Both the position numbers and the translations under genes were made by a program. Positions 58,510 to 64,000 of a stretch of DNA of 64,000 nt are shown piece by piece. The stretch spans positions 152,892,001 through 152,956,000 of the forward strand of contig OZ024742.1 of assembly GCA_964016885.1 (NCBI GenBank), written 5' to 3'. The notes beneath the pieces were generated by a model that was given only the letters and a program-made list of their open reading frames with translations, made no database searches and was not told the origin of the DNA. This DNA comes from Eledone cirrhosa (taxonomy: Eukaryota). Each line of letters starts with the position of its first letter. Positions within the stretch are counted from its first letter, which is position 1.

Positions 58510-61448
58510 TCTAACTACTATTCATCCATTACCCCTAATCTACTTAATAAGGCACTAAATTACGCATTCAAGCATACAGACCTAACTAGCAATGAAATGC
58601 ACATTATATTATCGGCAAGGAAAACTTTGATAGAATTTAATAACCAACTATGGACTAGGGCAGACAGAGATAATAATGTTGACATTACTATAGGATCATC
58701 AGACACAGCTCAGGTAACGGACCTTGTGGGCCTATTTATAATTAATTCGCTGCATAGGAAAATACCCGGTGTTACCGGAGGTTTATATAGAGATGACATG
58801 CTTTTACTTATTGAAAATAATAACTCTGAACTAAATAAGAAAAGAAAACAAATTATACAATTTTTTAACTACCTTAATCTAAAAATAGAAATTGAGAATA
58901 ACCATAGAATAGTCAATTTCCTAGACGTAACATTTAATCTCAACACATGTCTTCACTATCCATTTCACAAGTTAAATGAAAATTTGAATTATGTCAATTT
59001 TAGCTCCAATCACCCAAGATCTGTCAAAAATACTATAGTGATCTCTGTTCAAAAACGTATCTCTAGAATCTCTTCCAATAAAAATATTTTTGACGAAAAA
59101 GCCCAGTATTATAATGAAGCTTTAGCTAGAGCAGGATATAATGATACAATTATGTACATCGATAATAGACAAACTAACCAAAATAACAACAATTTTAATT
59201 ACAGTAACAACTTTAACAACTATAATAGAAAGCACTACAATAATTTCAAAAACCAGAAAAGAAATAGAACTAGAAATATAATATGGTTTGCCCCCCCTTC
59301 TCACTAAACATTAAAACCCACATCGCTAAACTATTTTTTAATGCTCTTGACAAACGCTTCCCTATAACACATAAGTATCACTCAATTTTCAATAGACATA
59401 CTATAAAATTAATGTACTCGTCCACCAAAAATTTAGCACAAAATATTAATAGAATAAATAATAGGAATCTAAAACCTAGCCAAAATACCGAAAATAGCCT
59501 AAACAATATTCAAGTAAAACACTGTAACTGTAGAGATAGATCTAAATGTCCGCTAAATAACAATTGCTTAGTTAAAAATATAATATACAACTGTAATGTT
59601 AGAACTGATTTAAATTCTTTTAATTATGTTGGTTCCACCTCGACAGAATTTAAACTTCGCTATAATAATCACAAAAATTCTTTCACGGATCCAAATAAAA
59701 AAATCTTCAACATCGCTGTCAGGGTTACTCTGGCAACTTAAGCATGATAAAGTTGGATATTCGATGGTTTGGAATATAGTCTCAAAAGGGATTCCTTTTA
59801 ATTCCTCTTCTGAGACATGTGACCTCTGCGCAGAGGAGATATTCTTTATAATAAAATCTAAAAATTCCCTTAATTTACGAACCAATTTATTCAGCTGCTG
59901 CAGACATAGATTGAACTCAACTTTTAAATATAAATATGAATTTAAAATGTAGTATAAAATGTAGTATATTTACTTAAGATATTTAACTATTTATGAAACT
60001 TGGTGATAAATCTTTCGATTCCTTCAATTTTTTTAAAACCTTTCTGCATGAATATATAATTAATGAGATTAAATAAACTACCCTAAAATCGGCGTTGTTC
60101 CCAATCTTTTGAATAAATTTTTAAGCTGGATAAACTTCTATAATAAATATAAGAGCATTTGAAGAATAAGTTTTGAATGATTTCTGCTAAATAAGGCTTG
60201 GTGAACAATTTTGGTTTTGTTTGCTTTTGATTCTGATTTTATGTGACCGATATGCGTGGCATACTATGTTCTCTTGCGTCCCTAGATACTCTGTGGAGTG
60301 ACGAAGATATTCTTGGCGTTTTTAATTTTTAATATTGATATCTGTTGTCTACACTATGCTTGATCGATAATCATGCAAGTGAGGCTGGAATGTTATTTTA
60401 AATGTTAATGTATATCTTATATATTTTATATATTTTATGTCTATATATATGTATTTATGTATGTAAATGTATGTAGGGTGGAATCTTTTGTAACGCAATG
60501 AAGTTTTTCATGAAATATAAGAATCTGTGCAGCATATCACGTAGGTTCACATGTGTGTCTATATTTATCAACTTGAATTTGAGATAACCTTCTCTTTTCT
60601 CTTTTTCTTTTTTCACGAGAATGCATATATACTTATGTTTGAAGTTTTATCTCAGATTTTGCATATAGACCTAAGAATTTTTAAACTGAGCATGTGGTCA
60701 TTTTTTCACACATAATGGATATGTGTCTCATTCATGAATACTGATATTTACATTATAATACCTAATTCATAAAAATTGATAATTCAAATGGATGAGACAT
60801 AATATATTTTTAATATATTTTAAATATATCATCTTTCTTTCTTTTTCTCCTATACACTGGACGTGATTTATGTGTCGGCTAGTTTAACTGTATCCCTTCC
60901 CTCCTTAACCTCTCACATATACGATGATCATCTGTCCAAAAGCTCCCTACTATATTTGTTCACTTCCTCAATGTATTTCTCTCTCCCATATCTCCTTGTC
61001 TCTCTATCTCGCTCTGTTGTTTTTCTTTACATACATCTCTTCATCTTCTTCTTTTTTATTTACATACATCTCTTCATCTTCTTCTTCTCATCTTCGTTTT
61101 TCTTTCTATATAACTGTCATAACAGTTTCACTACCAAATCAACTTTTTAAATGGAAGTCGCATTATTATAAGGTATGTCAATAATTATTTATAAAACAGC
61201 TTATGTATTGTATTTTGTCTGAGGAAGGCATACCATATTTTTAATATGATATCAAAGAAATATATATAAAGAAATAAATATGGTTTTATAAATATAAATA
61301 TAGTTTCCATTTGTTTAATATCGTATATATATTATATATATATATATTATATATATATATATATATTATATATATATATATATAATATATTATATATATA
61401 TATTATATATATATATATATTATATATATATATATATTATATATATAT

Positions 61449-62769
61449 CTGAATTATTGAGCCCTCTGCCGCTCATATCGAATTTCGTTTTTCGTGAACT
61501 CGTGCGCCGATTTTTCGATACTCGATCTTTCTAATATATTTAGCTCTGGACATAGCTATCCACCAGTTAATTTTATTGCTCATTTTTTGTCGATTCTATT
61601 GAGTGATGAATAGCTTTTGTTTTATTTTAACATGTCTATTGAGCACTCTAATTCGATATGTGTATTTCCACATTCACTCGAATTGTTTTCGCGGATATAG
61701 GGGTCATCTCCCTTGTCTAATGCCATGTGCGTTTTTCACCGCTAGTTGACTCCTTTGCCGCCAGGATAAAACTCGTTGACAACGTAAACTCCGTTCCACT
61801 TATTCTAGTAGGCTTTTATATTTATATGTGAGCTGATAGAGTACTGTCTAAGGATTTACAGAAACCCATGAAGCTAGATTTAACACCTTTCTAGTGGGTC
61901 CGGGTATGATTTTACATTCATTTAAATTATTGACGTATTGTTTTATTGATATTTTTTATCTGTTTGGCCCGAATCTTCCTTTATCGATTTTAAATCGTAT
62001 GGTTGATTGTAGACTTGTTCTATATGTGACGGTATTTTAACGATAGTTATAGCTCTGATTCATCTGAATTATTGAGCCCTCTGCCGCTCATATCGAATTT
62101 CGTTTTTCGTGAACTCGTGCGCCGATTTTTCGATACTCGATCTTTCTAATATATTTAGCTCTGGACATAGCTATCCACCAGTTAATTTTATTGCTCATTT
62201 TTTGTCGATTCTATTGAGTGATGAATAGCTTTTGTTTTATTTTAACATGTCTATTGAGCACTCTAATTCGATATGTGTATTTCCACATTCACTCGAATTG
62301 TTTTCGCGGATATAGGGGTCATCTCCCTTGTCTAATGCCATGTGCGTTTTTCACCGCTAGTTGACTCCTTTGCCGCCAGGATAAAACTCGTTGACAACGT
62401 AAACTCCGTTCCACTTATTCTAGTAGGCTTTTATATTTATATGTGAGCTGATAGAGTACTGTCTAAGGATTTACAGAAACCCATGAAGCTAGATTTAACA
62501 CCTTTCTAGTGGGTCCGGGTATGATTTTACATTCATTTAAATTATTGACGTATTGTTTTATTGATATTTTTTATCTGTTTGGCCCGAATCTTCCTTTATC
62601 GATTTTAAATCGTATGGTTGATTGTAGACTTGTTCTATATGTGACGGTATTTTAACGATAGTTATAGCTCTGATTCATCTGAATTATTGAGCCCTCTGCC
62701 GCTCATATCGAATTTCGTTTTTCGTGAACTCGTGCGCCGATTTTTCGATACTCGATCTTTCTAATATAT
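61449..62769. repeat. Tandem array of a 615-bp unit (2 full + 91-bp partial)
   Basis: CTGAATTATTGAGCCC at 61449, 62064 and 62679; units look identical; (TA)n flanks. Confidence 0.95.
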
Positions 62770-62805
62770 ATTATATATATATATATATTATATATATATA
62801 TATGT

Positions 62806-62840
<35 letters not shown>

Positions 62841-62957
62841 AATATATTATATATATATATATATATTATATATATATATTATATATATATATATATATTA
62901 TATATATATATATATTATATATATATATATATATTATATATATATATATATTATATA

Positions 62958-64000
62958 ATGGACAAATTTGAACAGTGACAAAACAGAGAGGCAGTACAAC
63001 GAAAGTTTATTAATTTCACGCTCTGGAGAGTGGGGTGTTGGTGGGGGACGACGTTTAGGGCATAAGCCTTTCCTCGGGTGAGAAGTGTGTGGGAACAGAG
63101 TTCACAGGGTGTGTAGGGGAGTGGTGGAGAGAAATATAGCGAAAGGAAACGGTGCGAATGAAAAAATAAAAAATAAACATAAAAATAAAAATAAAGCATG
63201 ATCAAAATACAAGGAATGAGATAAATTTAAAGATAAAGGCATGATCAAAATAAACTGAAATTAAAAGGGGGGTAAACAGGTGGTGGAAGGGTGTGGGGTG
63301 TGTAGGGGTGGTGGCGGGTGGAGTGGGGAGAGGGAGACGGGGTGTCCGAGCGGGGAGGGCTGAAGGTGGTGTGTGTGTGCAGGTGTGCGTGTGTGTGTGT
63401 GTGTGTATGTGAAAGTAAGGTTTGGGGGAAGAACGGGGTTGCATGTTCAGGAAGAGGTGTGTGTGTGGGGGGGTCGGAGTGTATGTGCGTGTGTGGATAG
63501 AGGGGTGCGGGGAGAGGAATCGGGAGGCTGAGGGTGTAAATATGTGGTGGATAGCACGTGTGTGTGGGGTTTAAGCTTGTTGTGGGTGTAGGTGGCTTAT
63601 GGAGAAAAAACATTTTTGGGGTGTGTGTGTGGGTGAGTTATATAGGTGATTACGTAAGAGGATGGTTGAAAAGTTGGAAAATTCCGAAGATGTTTAGTGG
63701 ATTGGTTGTTGGTCAATTTCTGCGTGTGTGTATTCCATGAAGCGATGGTCGGTAGAGGAGAGATGTGGGGTGCGCGCGCAACAGGAAGTGGTCAGCAGTG
63801 GGAGTGCTGTGGTCTGTTTGTGCTGGGAGGTGGTCAGAGGGCATAGCAGCAGTCGGTGGAATGGTAAAGGGGCGAGGATGTGTAGGTGTGAAAGTTGGAG
63901 TGAGGAGGGTGTGTGTATTAGTAGGGGTGTTAGTGGGATGAGTGAGTGTGGAGCGAGGGTGTGGGTGGAGCGGGGAGAGAAGGGTGTGTGTGGTTCTATG
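62958..64000 (-). mobile_element. Decayed PLE 3' end with degenerate hammerhead
   Basis: Minus-strand remnant STPTADHF (GIY-YIG C-terminal-like) near 63800; CCGAGGA-AAGGC ttat GCCC-TAAA-CGTCG-TC at ~63045-63078. Confidence 0.5.

Larger units (their letters stand above)
54676..59952 (+). pseudogene. PLE RT + GIY-YIG ORF (~740 aa reconstructed), split by LINE; possibly 'Hydra'-type PLE
   Basis: 54676-55458 joins 58510 in frame (FIQLDI|SNYYSSI); KSDKT, IGSSD, GLYRDD, NFLDV, SNHP, WFAPP, CNCRDRSKCPLNNNC, YVGST, CDLCAEE; frameshifts at homopolymers ~59291 and ~59700. Confidence 0.9.
54207..61325 (+). mobile_element. Near full-length PLE with inverted 5' pLTR, interrupted by a LINE
   Basis: ~54298-54615 is the reverse complement of ~61005-61325; hammerheads at 54345-54408 (-) and 61212-61276 (+, CTGAGGA core); (TA)n flanks. 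Confidence 0.92.

Noticed and set aside
61455-61480. GCAGAGGG (minus) as a twister ribozyme end
   Set aside because: No upstream GUYMCAAGC element and not conserved in the 53448 homolog.

Overview
AT-rich eukaryotic, repeat-saturated DNA with no host gene detected. Long (TA)n arrays and SINE types suggest an octopus-like cephalopod (inference). Most ORFs in the track are microsatellite artefacts. Real content: three near-complete LINEs (RTE with C-terminal C2H2 fingers, CR1/L2-group, and an RTE-like LINE nested in a Penelope RT), a Dong/R4-like 3' fragment in (TAA)n, tRNA-derived SINEs, and many Penelope-like elements (PLEs; RT + GIY-YIG) of at least three lineages, mostly inserted in (TA)n as fold-back palindromes. 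By eye I find about 22 type-I hammerhead ribozyme motifs from at least 11 sequence families, several with non-canonical cores. There are two non-coding retrozyme-like units, and a ~600-nt partially tandem, structured, non-coding element family with no recognisable hammerhead, which is the best candidate for something undescribed. All folds and alignments were done by eye and need computational confirmation.
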